A stretch of DNA of 64,000 nt from Lingula anatina (taxonomy: Eukaryota > Animalia > Brachiopoda), in NCBI GenBank assembly GCA_051362555.1, contig CM120641.1, positions 24,992,401-25,056,400 of the forward strand, in the 5' to 3' direction. The notes under the pieces were generated by a model, which worked only from the letters and a program-made list of their open reading frames with translations, did not search any database and had not been told where the DNA came from. Below, piece by piece: positions 1-14,164 of the stretch; position 1 is the first letter of the stretch; each line of letters begins with the position of its first letter. The position numbers were made by a program, and so were the translations under genes.

Positions 1-696
1 GTAGACAACTTGTTACTGGGGAAGTCTTGTAAAATGAATAAGGAACTTTGTTGGTCTTTAACTGGTACTTCTTAAAAATTAAATACTCAGTACCCAGTAT
101 CTTACGTAGTTAATATCTAAGATTATTCAAATGAAGATTTTATAGATTGCATCCATCAATTAAATCTGCTCCCCTGAGATACAGATGTGGTAATTTTAAT
201 CTAAACAAAAGGTATGAGTATTGCTGCTGTATCTAAATTGACTGCCTGTATAACCACTTTCACTTTCAAACTTTCAGTTAAAGTTAGTCATTTATTATAA
301 ATAAATCTTACCTTCAAGATTTCGAATTATTCCACCGATATTCTATCTTGTGTTGGCTATGTTTAAGTCAGATTCAACTGCTTTCAGTCTTAATTATCAC
401 AGATGACAGTAAATAGCAATGTCTGGTGACGCTTCTATTAAACTCCTATTTTGATGTTTGACACAGTTGAGAACAGTGCATTTCAACGTTATTTTTTACA
501 TGACTTTGGGCATAAAGTTTGTTAATGAACATTAAATCATGCTGTACAATGCTTTGTTTAGTGGGGCCAATAAATTTCTACTTTCAGAAATCCTCGGTAC
601 TAGTATAAAAGTGTCAAAGTCGACACGCTTTTTCACATTCCAGTTTCCAACCTACCTATATACATCAAGAGGACTCTGGGACATTAATGGAAACAT

Positions 697-716
697 CCGG
701 CGGAAGTACCACGTCC
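697..716 (+). promoter_or_regulatory. ETS/GABP-like motif (CGGAAGT) in the CpG-rich proximal region of USO1
   Basis: CCGGCGGAAGTACCACGTCC lies about 55 nt upstream of the ATG at 761. The motif is typical of housekeeping promoters; function is not tested. Confidence 0.4.
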
Positions 717-760
717 TCACGCACGCATGCGTCAGTTGCCAACCTGGAAGTGTAGGAGGG

Positions 761-3700
761 ATGGATTATTTCCGAAATTTGGTAGCCCCACAGGGGGGTG
801 CTCAACCCACTGGTGCAGAAACGGTACGAGTTTCATTTGTCTTTATTATGTGCACTCGTCGGACATTGTTGCTTCATACTGTGCACTGTCTTATAGTGAT
901 ATCCACTGTGCAAACACGGTGTCATATGCCGATGCTCCAAACTATCTATCTACAGTATGTGGCTAATGTAAATGTAAATGTTGTATTATATTAACTGCGC
1001 CCCCATTCTCAGAACAGTTGAACCAAGTGTCAGTGTGCTGTGAACAGTATAAACTCTTACCAGAACTGTATAAGATTTTTTCACATTCATGTGGTACTGT
1101 ACGATCTTGTAAATGTTCTACAGCTGCATTTACGTGTTACTTGATATGATATGGTAATAACCTTTGTTTTGGTTGCAGATTGAGAAACTTTGTGACAGAG
1201 TTCAGTCATCAACATTGTTGGAGGACCGTAGAGATGCAGTCAGAGCACTCAAGTCTTTATCCAAGGTGAAACATTGTATTTATTTTAGGTTACAACTAAT
1301 GTCTATTATGTAGGTATATCAGAAAAATTTTCAAACTGATCAGAAAATTATAATACTTATATCATCTGAAAGGTAATGCAAAAACCGGATGAAATCACTT
1401 GGAATTTTTTTAATATTCCTACCAGCAACAAAGATATTGAAGTTTTTTAACTGCAAAAATGCACCAAAAGTGTCCACACTTTTCAGCTTAAAACCTGTCA
1501 CTACTGACCAGCGGTGATCACTCAGCTGTAGCTGCAGCTCAAATTGCTTGTGACCAATTAGGGCAATTATGGCTGTATGTTAATCTAATGACCTGGAAAC
1601 AAACCCAAATTGGCGACCGCACAAACACATGGCTGGGATGGCTTCCGTGCAGATCAAGCACTATAAATATTGCGCATCAAATAAACTATACTTCGCATGG
1701 TTAAATTTTCATGATTTTTTTACATAATATTGCAAATTTCATAAACTTTATTCGATATAAATTTTAAAAAACTGAAACCAGTACTTCCCTGACATTTTTG
1801 AGCATTTTGTCGAGGCAAAACTTCAAACACCCTGAACTGAAACTTCTCAAAGACTGCAACACGGGAAAATCACGTGACCGGATTTTACTCTTTGATTTAC
1901 AGCTTATTTAGTTAATGGCTTGTATTAGTTTTTTTACGCGGCGCTAAAAGAGAGATTTAAAAAAGGGGTGCCATAGGCGAGCTGTCAGCAGGCCGACTTC
2001 AGTTTTACACTTCACTGCCACTGGACAGTTACGACTGTAGCGCCCCTAGCGGATTGTGATATACCTATATTATGTAAAGAAATTACTAGAATTGCATTTC
2101 ATATGGAAACAAATGATGAATTGAATTACATATGGATGTACCATCAGATCTCTTTTACCTGTTGTAACAGTAATGAAATTTGCCAATCATCTGTGTGATC
2201 AGTATGTGTACATTTTAACTCATGAATTGTAATATCTTTCAGAAATTTAGGCTTGAAGTGGGCACACAGTCCATGGAAATACTCACAGATGTCTTACAAA
2301 AAGATAGGTAAGGAAACAGAAAATTGTATTTTCTCTCATTGAGAAAGGTTATGGGTTGCATAACCATAACCAATAATGACTGCAATGAATGAGTAGTTTT
2401 CAAGTCAATTGCGGCTTGTCATGAAGGGAAAATGATATATAAACAATGGTATTGAACTAGAAGTAAACATTTAACAATTTAAAAGTGAAAATTTGTGAAA
2501 ATTTTTGAAATATTGTTTCAGGTCAGATGCAGAAATAATGGGTTATGCCTTGGATACACTATACAATGTCACATCTAATGAACCCACTGAAGAAGGTAAA
2601 GTGTATGTCACCCCACCCATCTACCCGCCCACCTCCACCCCCAACTGGCTGAGCACCTGTAGAACATGCAGTCAGCAAGTAACATGTTGACACCTGGCAG
2701 ATCTTTTAAGGCTGGGGGGAAGATTGTTTTATTCATAAAATATAGTCTACAGTGTCATGAAATATATGTTTAATGTTGTTGAAAAAAATGTACTTCATCT
2801 GACTATAAATGCATAAAAGAAAAGGGAAACAGATGTATCCACTTTGTCAGTTTGATTTTTTTCCTATTTTTATATTTAAATAATTTCAGAGGATGAGAAT
2901 GCAACATCAGAAGACCTTGGTGGGATGTTCACAGAGATTTTTATCAAAAAGCCAGAGAATGTTTCCCTTTTACTCTCTTTGCTAGAGGTTGGTATACTAT
3001 TAAAAAGGATGCTCTGACATTAATAAGTGACACTGATAGTATTAAATGTCTGGCATTGATTTTTTTGTACAATAGCCTTTCAACTTTTGGTAAGAATACT
3101 GATTTTCTGAGAATGTTAGGCCTACCAGTCTTGATGGATATGTTTTTTTTTGCAGAAAATTTAACTGTTTTTGGTCTGGCAGTAGCTACAGTTTAAGAGT
3201 CAAAAATTTAAATTTAAGCAAAAAGACCTGTATGACAAATTTTTCATAACTTTTGTTTCAAAAATTGAGCTGTTATATAAAATTTTTAGATGTCTTAAGA
3301 TTCAACTCACTATCTACATGTGATGAACGTAGTAAAAAGACTCACCAGAGTTTGCACATCACATTTACATCTACTATCCAGGAGTATGACTTCCATGTTC
3401 GCTGGCCCACAGTCAAGTTTCTTACAGCTTTATTAAGTAATAAAACCAAGGAGGTGCAGGAGATCGTGCTAGTCAGCCCCATGGGCGTATCCAAATTGAT
3501 GGACCTCCTCTCAGATAGCAGAGAAATAATCAGAAATGATGTAAGTACCATGCATTGAATTTTTCAGACTTAAATCAGATTTTTGTTGCCAGTTTTACAC
3601 CTTACATACCCCCCCCCCCCTTTTTCTAATCAACACGATATCATGCCTGAAGTACAAATTTAAGGATATAGTGCAAACAGATGGTAGATGGCCTTCAGAT

Positions 3701-6700
3701 GGCAAAATAGTCATTGGATAAATGAATAATGTAAATAGGATATGTAGTGTAAAATAGCACATGGTTAACTGAAGTGTTTGGTTTGCAGTATGTTATTTTG
3801 AAAAATGAGTATTTTCAGTACAGAATTTGAAAGTTAGATTTGTCTTACTAGAGCATTATTTTTGAGTCTCTCCTAGCTACACAGGGATTTTACAGTTCAG
3901 CTTGAAAGACTTATCATTTACTTTTGAGACAATTCAACATCACCAAATTAAGATTATAAACCATGCTGTGTATTTCAGGCACTCTTGCTGCTGATACAGT
4001 TAACTAAAAACAATGCCAATATTCAGAAGATTGTTGCATTCGAGAATGCCTTTGAGAGGCTGCTGGAGGTCATATCTGATGAAGGAGCGACTGATGGAGG
4101 TGGGTCTGCTGCACATTCTCAAAAGCAATTGTGGATGAAATATTACCTATTTAAAGCTGGCTCACTTTAGGACAACATTGGTTTTAGTCTAGTAGCTGAA
4201 TTATTTGAGACGGATTAGAAAATGTCACTAAATCTTTGATAAATTTGAGAAAAATGAGTAAATATTTTCACATTTTCCAGTGTCCAATTAAAATTTGTTC
4301 AGTATTTGGCTTTAATTTACAATGGCAGCACGAGTCCTTAGCAACCTTATATTTTTTAATTGACATCCTTTCAGACTGCACTTTCATATTCATATGTATG
4401 ACTGCATGTTTTATTAAGTAATTAAAAAGCCAAAGCCATGCACTTTTTTGTTGCAGATGTAATAACTTCAATTTAGACCAGCATCTCTTTAAACTCATTT
4501 TGATAACATTCTCATTTTAGGCATAGTGGTAGAGGACTGCCTCCTGTTACTCTGTAACCTGCTAAAAAACAACACTTCCAACCAAAACTTCTTCAAAGAA
4601 GGCAGCTTCATCCAACAACTGCCCAGGTTCTTCAGCCTGGACTCGTCCAGAGAGGCTGACCAGGTTGGCTGGTCAGCACAGAAGGTGACCAATATGCATT
4701 TGTGTCTCCAGGTGGTGAGGACCCTGGTCTCTCCCAGCAACCCCCAGCAGCACACCGCCATGTGCCAGAAAGTGATGAACCAGTGTGGTAAGTGAAACTT
4801 CCACAGGTTTTTATTAAAAAAACTTACGTCCATAGCTAATCTTAACTTAAGTAAGGAAATTTATGTTTAACTTCTATTCAGGATAAATGTAGCAGTAGTT
4901 GTTCACTGAAGTAAAAGCAACTTGTGGTTTACAAATTTAAGTTATTTCCTGATAAATAATCAAGGCCAATGTTTTCATTAAAAAGAGTATTGCTGATTTC
5001 TTTGGAGTCCAAGTTGAACAGAGTTATTTGCTTGAAAGTTAAGACCAATTTCGGCTTTTGCTCTTTTAAAAATTCAAAGTTATGTATGCCAGAAAGGTTA
5101 ACCTCAGTAGATGACCTGTACGGCTGTGGGTGTGTTAAATGCCTGAGCCTCATATCTGTCTGTAATGTTCTAGGACTGTTGAAGCAGTTATGCAGTATCT
5201 TAATGGCAAGTGGAGTTCCTGCCGATGTTCTCACAGAGGTATTGTTTATGACTTATATAATGCCACTTTTGGTTAAATTACTGATGAACAGAAAACTCTT
5301 TGTCCATTAACTTTCATTTACATTACTGCTACATTTCTTTTTGAGTAAATGCAGTGTACCTAACAAGCCTTTTACGAAACCTCCAGTTTATTTTTTATTT
5401 CATTTTGAAATTGAACCAAGTGATTTTTTAAAACTTTAATAATTATTGATTGTATCTATGATTTGTTTTTAGACAATAAACACAGTGTCTGAGGTCATTA
5501 GGGGGAACCAGGCCAACCAGGAATTTTTTGCATCTGTGATGGCACCATCCAACCCACCAAGGTGCAGTTTTTATTAGTTTTTTAAATTCTTTATTTTCAG
5601 TTTTCTTTTTAAGTGTTTAAAATCTTTGGAATTTTAAAAAAGTTTTTGATTATTTTCATGAGTCAGTGTCAAATCGTCATTTACACTTTCATATATTTAT
5701 TATTCATTTGTCTGTCCATTTGTCAGCTTTTCTGTCTTCTTTATATTTTGCAGGCCAGCCATTGTAGTGCTGTTGATGTCCATGGTTAATGAAAAACAGC
5801 CATTTGTCCTGCGCTGTGCAGTGCTATATTGTTTCCAGTCATTCCTCTACAAAAATTCCCTTGGCCAATCCCAGATCATCACAACTCTCCTTCCAACTTC
5901 AGCAGACGGTAAGAAAGGGGCTCACTCCATTCTTTTTATTCCCACTGAATATTTTGTTCTAGCAACCCAAAACTCTACTGTAACCAGTAGAAAACTAGCT
6001 TAACAATTCAACAAATTTACTTTTCAAGCTCTCTCCCATGTTAACATCTGCAGACAATCTATACTCCTGAATTACCTACTGGATTCTTTTGATCTAAAAT
6101 GGAGTTTTTTTTTTTAATTATTCTTTTTTTATTAAATCAATTATTTTAGTTAAAAATAGGGTAGAGCAAAACGTCAATCTTTTTCTAAAACTAAAACTCA
6201 TCAGAAGAAATAAAATTATCATAATTCATTTGTCATATAAACATCATTTTTTAGAGAAATGTATATTTTTGTGACAACCTTTTTTTTCAGTGAGTACTGC
6301 TGTTGTATTTTCAGTTGTTGAATTTTTTCTCCAATCTTGTTTTTAGTGAATACCATCACAGCAGGTCAGCTACTGTGTGGAGGGCTATTCAGCACAGATG
6401 CTGTCTCCAACTGGTTTGCCTCAGTGGCCCTCCTCCATGCTATAGTGGACAACCCCATTCAGAAGGAGCAGTTGCTGAGGGTCCAGCTAGCCACAAATTT
6501 AGGAAACCCTCCAGTGTCCCTGCTACAGCAGTGCTGTAATCTGTTAGCCAAGGTCAGTGTTAGTTTCTGATGGTGGCATGATAGTCTGCAGTGCTACTGA
6601 ATGGATCAGAGACAATTGAATTGTGGATTTGGTACCCACTAGTAGAAATCTTACTAAATTTACAAATGTTCCAGTCTTCTTAGACTAGTGGAATTTTTTT

Positions 6701-9700
6701 ATTTGTCTTAGATTATTCTAAACTTTCTTCTTTAAATTCCATCTTCAATGATTTTGATCCTAACAAGTGGTTTACATTGTGCAAATGACCAGATAGTTTA
6801 AAGCATAGACTGGTATTGAGAAATTAGCTTTAAGAGTAAAGTTTCAAAATACTGCCTACACAAACACATGCATGCGGGTGCCCGCGCGCAATCACACTCT
6901 CTCTTTAACTAATTAATATTAGTTTACCTAGCTTACTTACATGTTATTATTTTCCAGGGTGGTCAGCTGCAGACTCGCGTGGGACTGCTAATGTTGATGG
7001 GAGTGTGGTTGTCAGACTGCCCCATAGCTGTGTCACATTTTTTACACAACCCAGCAAACGTGCCTTTTGTATCCTTGTCAGATATTGATTGGTTGCCACT
7101 GCTGTGAAAAGGAGCTTCTGAAAAATGTGCATGTGGCTTAACTAAGAAAGACCATTGCCTTACAAAGAAAGAGCACTGTAGTTTTTGTAGAATTGTCTAA
7201 TGTAAGAAGGAAAGTTATATTTGAATTAAAATCATTATGATTGCATTTTTATGATGCAGTAAAGGAACCCTATAGTATTCTGACATTTTGCAAAATGAGA
7301 CCATTTCAACCAATTATTTAATTATATTTGGACCATAAAGTTGTGTTGTAAATGAGATGTTGTCAACCTCGGGATATGTGGCTCCGTCTATTGTGTGTGT
7401 TTCCCTAACAATGTCTGTAGCTGATTTCTCAGGTGTCAGCGTCAGAGGGGGACGAGCAGGAACTTCTGGTGCAAGGACTCTGTGCATATCTACTGGGGAT
7501 ATGCTTGTGTTTTAATAATGAAGATGTGCAAAATTTTGACAAGTGAGTGTCTGACAGTGAAATGTTTGATTTTCATTTTTATTGGTACTATTTATTAAAC
7601 AGCTTAATTGTACAAGCACCATGATTAATATTTTAATGGTAAATGTTTTTCTTTCCCAATTTTGTTGAGTTTGAGTTTCAAATTTTGTTAAAATGTCATC
7701 ATGCTCTTATATGATAGCACTACATACACATAGTTTGTCTGGATATTTTTAAGACCCTCATTACAGCAAGTAATAGAAAGGAGGATAGGATTAGAAACAT
7801 TTACAGATAAACTAACACAAGTTCCGAAGTATGAAAGCTATAATAAAGCAGCCAAGAAACCACAGTTAACCCACAAACACCCCAGTGAAGTTTTATTTGA
7901 TTTTGAATTCACAAGGCATTTTAAGGTCCTAGAAAGTAAGTAGAACCCTGTTGTTGTCATTGAATTTGTTGGTCAAATCGTTTTTCTCTGGTACATAAAA
8001 ATGTTTCATAATTATGTTAAATGATTTGAATTAACTGTTATGACCTCCAAGATTATATCCTTATGGCCAAATTATGATGTTTTCGTATAACAGTATAAAT
8101 GGACTTAAATACAAATGAATAAAACATAAAAACGTATATAATTATACATAGTCATCATCTATGGTATCAAAGGCAAAAGAAAAATAAAGAAATTATGAAA
8201 ATAATGCCCTGATGCAAGTGATTCTTGTGTTTCTAAAATGATTGTTGCATATATTCTAGATGATATAGTGAAAGCTGTGCAACTGGACCACAAAGAAGAG
8301 AAGAAGAAACAGGCAAACATAGAGCAACACGACAGCATAGTGGCTCAGTATAAAGATTTGATAAAAGAACAGGTCAGTCGCAATGTTTACCCTCTTAGTT
8401 TTCTATTATCCATTTAAACTAATGGTTGTTTATTTCACTGTATTTCAGGCTTACAGGCTAAGAGTACATCAGTTGAGTTCTATTTATAATAATACTAAGC
8501 TGACTACACAGGAATATATATCATAAACAACACAAATCACTTATCTAAAAAAACATCTCTTAATTTCTCAGCATGATATATGAAGGCAGAAAGTCCTTTT
8601 ATAAAGTCAACATTATGTGATGACAGAGCAGTCGCTAGTGACAATGTTGTAATCTCGGGAATATAGTGCTCCCTCAGACCGTTATATAAACTACATGACA
8701 TTAACACGTGTTCCTCATTCTCAATAATTGTTATGCCATCAGAAAGGCATGCAGCACATACTCTTTTTTCCCCATCTACACTGGCATACCGACCCTTCTC
8801 AACCTGTAAATTGTGGTTTGATATTCTGAACTTGCAGTAGGCCCTTCTATGCTCTGCTATGGACACAAAAGATAAGTATTCCTCAAATACCAAATCTAGT
8901 TTAAATGAGCTTGCCTGATTCGCGTACTGAGGAATACCAATTCTGCCTGCTTATATCCATTAATCATTGTCTAAACTGTTCTGTAAAAAGTGGCCTCACC
9001 CACAAAATTGATTATCATCTTTTTGTCTGTCAAGCGGTTACAATTGATTGGCTTAAAATAACCATCATAGACGTAAACTTGAGTCAAGAAAAAAAATGTG
9101 CTTCATTCACAGTATTATATAAAAATGAAAGTGTAATTTATAACCCGATTTTCCTCTATAAACTAGATCCCTTGGCTTTACAATTTACACCTGTTCTTTG
9201 TAGACATGCTTTGTTTTTCTAATGAATTTTATGGATAGACAATACATGTTGACATGTAGCCATCACCTGTTCTATCATCACTTGTCATTTTTGTCGATAT
9301 GCACTTTCAGGAGTTTTGCTTATTTTATTCCAGTGGTTTAGAACTAGTTTTACATTTATTATATTTTTTGTGTGTGAAATAGGATGAAGAACTTTCTCGG
9401 GTCAGAATTCGATTGAAAGAGGTTGAAACAAAAAATGCAGAAGCTGAACAACAAATGAAGGAAATGAAGGAACAGATTCAGCAAGTGAAGGATCAAAATG
9501 CATTGCTCAAGGCTTCCAAAGGTTAGTTTCAATTTAGAAATACCTCATTCTTTCAGGAGTCTTCAAAGCTCCTCTTAACAAAAGAAAAAATAAATATATT
9601 GTATGGTAATTCTTTAATAAACCTGTGGATAAATGCTTGTCTTGGAGTTATATGAAGTATTATGTGCTAGTTCATGAACTTTTGAATATGCACATTGCAC

Positions 9701-12150
9701 TTTGTGGAATCAAGTTGCACATGAACCTCCAGAGAAAAATTAGATATGCACCATGAAGGATTAGCAGAAATGGTACCTTCACTGGGCTAAGCTGGAAAAA
9801 ATTAATTTTCAGTATGGTTAAACTCAGTAGATCACGTATTTTTGCTCCATCTTACAAGAGGTGTATGTTTCATTCAAGGCTCTTTAACCAACCAAAATGA
9901 AGTAGGAAAAGTCAATGGTTCTGATGAAGTGGCCAGGCTACAAGAGTTAGTGGAGACACAGAAAACAGAAATAGAGGAAAAGAACCAAACAGTAGAAAAA
10001 TTGGTGAGGGACAAATTATTTCAACACATTTAAGTGTGTTAGACACCAGTTTTCAAGCTAATCCATTCTACCATTGGGTACTAATTTAAGAAAAAAATTG
10101 CATGATATTAGTATCGAGTTACTAATTTTAGTTCATTACTATTTCAGAAAAATGAGTTAACTATAGCTGAAGCAAAAGTGTTAGTCCAGAATGGGGAGGG
10201 GTCCAGTGGAGAGCAGGACCCTGCAGACAGTGCAGTATTACAAGCTACAGTCAACAGGGTGAAAGCAGACATGGAGCAGTTGCAGCAGTCTCTGGCAGCA
10301 AAAGATACAGAATTAACAGACATGAAGCAGAAGTTTCATGAGGCTGAAAAACAAATTTCTGAATTGGTATGTCCAAGGAAAACATTGTAGTTAATTAGTG
10401 CAGAGGTGTACTGCACGTGTTTATGTGATAAGTATATTTGTTGCTTTGTAAGTTAAGGAGAAGTACCATTACAATATATTACTTTAAAGCTTACAGTGTG
10501 TGTAAATAACTGTTTACTTTTGTCTTTTTACAGAGAGAACAGGCATCACAGAAGCAACAGACAGGTGTAGATGGCACTGCTGTTGTTGCTGAGAAGGATG
10601 CCATGGTGACCCAGGTCGCTGACTTGGAAAGACGGCTGGCCATGCTGGAGGACCAAAACAAGAAAGTGTGTGAAGAGAAGACATCTTTGCAAGAGAGGCT
10701 GAAGAAGGCCAACCAAGACAACCTGAACCTCCAGGAAAAGCACAATGTATTAAGATATAATTTTTCCACTTGTGTTTGGATGTTACATAGTTACTCCTCT
10801 TCTGTTTTCTGAATGCAGTGTTTTGTTCAAAAATTCCAATACTCAAGCTTTTATCCTTAACAACATGCATATTATTCTTGTTTTCCCTTTTAGATTGTAT
10901 CCACACTTGCTTCAATTTGATGTGTTCAAGTTTTACTCCATAATGATATTCTGTCAGCACCTGTAGTTATTATTCACTAATGGTTTGCATGTTGCAGTTT
11001 ACAAAACAAATATAAGTGTTGTCCATGTGCCTGGCATGCTATTGCATGGCCTTTGTGAAGAGTTTTCTATTGTTTATTGTAGCAGTGCTTTTCTACATAG
11101 TTTGTGATATATATACCTACACCTTTGACAACTGTTAAAATGAGCATACTTTTGTATCCTTGAACTTCATGAAAAATTTGAGATTTTGATAGACATATTG
11201 CAAGGCTTTTCTTTATATTTTACCAGATATGTTTTCTGGGTAAAATGTTGATAATTTATTCTCTGTCTTGTGACTTATTTATTTTTTGTACAATTGTGAT
11301 AGTTTAACCATATCCCACCAAATGATGATGAACTGTATTCCATAATGGTGCTAAATGAGAATATTTTCATTTTAATACACTTATTTAGAGCAAAGCTTAG
11401 TAGACTTATAATGTTGCATGCTTTTGAATATGAAATTATATTTATTTTTCTGAAATTTATATTTCAAATTTTATATTTCTCTGTTGGCGTAATAAATGGA
11501 AGGTGAAGGCATTTTGTTAAATAATAATTATTTAAGTAAGATTGGGTAATTTATTAATTTCATTGGTAGAAAATACTGGAAGAAAACAAGAAAATGGAAC
11601 TAGAAAGAAATGAAAAAGAAGATGAGGTCAACTCTACAAAGAAAGAAATGGAGGACCTCCTGGTGCTACTGGCTGACCAAGATACCAAACTCTCTGAGTA
11701 TAAGAAAAAGTTAAAAGGGCTTGGAGAAAAGGTAAGTCAATAACAAGTGCAATTGAGGAGGAGATAAGAATATAAGGGCCTTGGAGAAAACATCATTGTG
11801 CCCTGTTAATAATAATAATAATAATAATATGAAAATACTAGAAAGCTAATCTGGGATATGTCCTTCTACCATCTATCATTTGATTACCCTAGTGACTTCT
11901 CACATAGCCATATGTTGGTGTATGTGTGTAAGGAGGGAGGGGGAGTCCTGTAATCCATTACAAGGTATAAAGTTAGAGAGTTTGAACTCTGCAAAAGTTT
12001 TGAAAGAAAACTTACCAATAGATTGGTTATTTTATAATTTTTTTGATGGATAAACCTTATCTGATTCAGATTGATGACGACGACGATGATGATGATGAAG
12101 ACTATGATGATGATGATGACGATGCAGAAGATGAAGAGGATAAAGAATGA
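761..12150 (+). CDS. USO1: General vesicular transport factor p115 (USO1), 22 coding exons
   Basis: Exons read by eye: 761-823, 1179-1265, 2243-2307, 2522-2595, 2890-2987, 3382-3540, 3979-4099, 4521-4787, 5174-5238, 5473-5561, 5754-5908, 6347-6552, 6958-7068, 7421-7542, 7754-7935, 8260-8372, 9383-9521, 9879-10003, 10148-10366, 10534-10746, 11570-11731, 12070-12150. All are GT-AG and phase-compatible. The translation matches recalled p115 motifs: IEKLCDRVQSSTLLEDRRDAVRALKSLSK, SPMGVSKLMDLLSDSREIIRND, IQKIVAFENAFERLL, LLMSMVNEKQPFVLRCAVLYCFQ, QKEQLLRVQLAT, a coiled coil with EDLLVLLADQD, and the acidic tail IDDDDDDDDEDY...KE*. Confidence 0.97.
1311..2067. mobile_element. Non-autonomous DNA transposon (TIR element) in USO1 intron 2
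   Basis: TIRs TAGGTATATCA (1311-1321) and TGATATACCTA (2057-2067). Direct repeat TATTATG on both flanks (7 bp; TATTATGT, 8 bp, if the left boundary shifts by one). The interior is richer in CpG than the surrounding intron. hAT-like by inference. Confidence 0.75.
7069..7420 (+). other. U12-type (minor spliceosome) GT-AG intron of USO1
   Basis: Donor GTATCCTTG at 7069. Branch-site-like TTTCCCTAAC at 7400-7409, 11 nt before the end of the AG at 7420, with no polypyrimidine tract. Splicing joins NVPF|LISQ in frame, colinear with p115. Confidence 0.85.
8421..8995 (-). mobile_element. 5'-truncated non-LTR retrotransposon (LINE) 3' end in USO1 intron 16
   Basis: ORF 8537-8893(-) encodes FRISNHNLQVEKGRY...RVCAAC...IENEEHVLMSCSLYNGLR, the C-terminal CCHC-type region typical of LINE ORF2 proteins downstream of RT. 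The upstream continuation is broken by stops and a frameshift. AATAAA on the minus strand near 8429-8434. Confidence 0.8.
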
Positions 12151-13139
12151 TACAAAGGTTGAAAATGTAGACATTTTTGTTGGCCTTTCAGTGAGAAAAG
12201 GGACTGTTTTAACAATGGGTTGCCATGAAGACCAGAAAATTGAAAAAACAGCATGAACAGAATGAAAAGAACTGCACTGATATAAGGTTTCCCTTAGAAA
12301 CAATTTTTTTAAAAAGTAGGGCAACCTTGGCAATTCAGCTAATTGTTTGTTTTTTTACTATACATTTGAAGAGATTAATATGCATGAATTTAATTATAGG
12401 CTTCAATCAGGAAATGATGTTTGAATGCTGGAAAAAATTAACTTATAATAAGATGACCCATTGGCTGTACATTACATTTCTGGACAAGGTTTTATGTATC
12501 TGACCCATAAATTTAGTACCAAGCATTTTGATATTCCGTGCTTTCACCATATCAAGACTTAATTTATGACTAAGTTTATATCGTTATTGTTATGTTCTGT
12601 GTGTATCACTGGATAACGTTTTAAAGGTTTGTTAGTGTTTTTAATGAATATGTTCAAGGTTTATGATGAAATCCGTCAGTTTTGATGTAAAAAGGTGAAA
12701 TGGACAGATGTAAGGAGGATGGATATGGGGGAGGCTGTGTTGTATACAGCATTTGGTGCACCTGGCTAGAAGATTTACAAGTGCTAAATGAGTTTCAGCT
12801 GTTATGTATAATTGGTGAATGAGGTGAATTCTAAGCATAAATGTGAATTTGGAATGTAACACCAGTTAGACTATTGCTTCTGACTTCGGAAAATATATTA
12901 CTGTGAAAAGACAGTGTAACCCCACTGGTATACTTGTGATATCAAGAATGCATTAATAATACATTCTTTATACTATTGACAAGCTATTTCTATTGTGTGT
13001 AGGTGTTGAAAATCATATTTGGAGCAATATATTAAAGAATGAGAGGCGGGTGACAGTTGCCCCTCAATTATTGGAATTGTAGTAATTTCTTTGCACGGTT
13101 AGGTCAAGATGAGCTGATCCACGCTGTGTATAATAGATA

Positions 13140-13145
13140 AATAAA
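13140..13145 (+). terminator. Candidate USO1 polyadenylation signal
   Basis: AATAAA about 1 kb after the stop codon, followed by the GT-rich sequence ctctgtatgtttgc. Confidence 0.35.
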
Positions 13146-14164
13146 AAAGATTATGGCATTATAGACTCTGTATGTTTGCTTACATTTAGAATAAATTACC
13201 CCCTACCCAGTGACAACACCAATTTAAAATGTTTGTGTGAACTAAGCCATGTGAATTTTTGAGTCCCCTCCCCATTTGAAGTTTTTCATTCTTCCGATTT
13301 GAAACTGATTTGTGTGAAATAAAGTGATATCTGATATAGGGTTTGGGTCCCATTGATATGTACAGGTAAAGCACATCATAATTTTTAACCCACTTAAGGC
13401 AAACTATGCATATAAATTAATGGAGAACAGACTATTACATGGACCCTTATATTAGGGCTGAGTGTACTCACGCCATTCACCTGTTTATTTGCTCATTGTA
13501 ACGGGGAAAGGAGCACAATAGGACTTATTTCCACATCTTCGGCGACTATATATTTTCTTATGTATAAACGCAAAGTTTGCTGAGAAAATACATTTATTTG
13601 TGATAGTCAGACCATTCCATATAATGCCACCCGTCAATCTCGATAGATGGCAAATGGTTTTACAGATAAAAATGTGAAATATGAATAATGCAATTTTCCA
13701 CGGAGGTCTTATCCTTCCAGTGCTTATAAAGAAGGCGTTAGATTAATTACTGAACAATAATAAGGATGATCGGTAACTTCTAACTACCCGAATACATGCG
13801 TATCGATTACATTTAATAATTCATAATAAGGAAATAGTAACAACGTAGTATAAATCGGTATCACAATCAATATGAGCAAAGAGGAGTGATTAGAAACTCA
13901 ACTTTCCACAACAAACGACCCGTGATATATATATACTAGTAAATATATATACACGGATATTTTATAACGAAGTCCTCCTTCCATCCAGCTGACGCTAAAC
14001 CTGCATTTAGATTCATGTCAGTTTTTGAACATAAAAAATGGAATCTTTAAAAAACTACCGATCCATTATACACAGTCATAAAAAAGTTTATACAAAGTTT
14101 GAGCTCATGCCTAAGATGAAGCTAATGCTTGGAGATTGTCCTGCGGTCAGCTGAATAATATATC

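Noticed and set aside
307-520. Minus-strand donor (AAG|GTAAG) suggesting a gene divergent from USO1
   Set aside because: All three frames contain stops and no partner exon is visible in the window, so it cannot be supported.
539-994. 151-aa ORF as a stand-alone gene
   Set aside because: Only 761-823 is USO1 exon 1; the rest is UTR or intron read-through.
11154-11162. Second GTATCCTTG U12-like donor
   Set aside because: It lies mid-intron, with no U12 branch site before the next acceptor (11569); probably chance.
11884-12333. 149-aa minus ORF and 61-aa poly-Met ORF
   Set aside because: Alternate frames of the (GAT)n acidic-tail exon of USO1.
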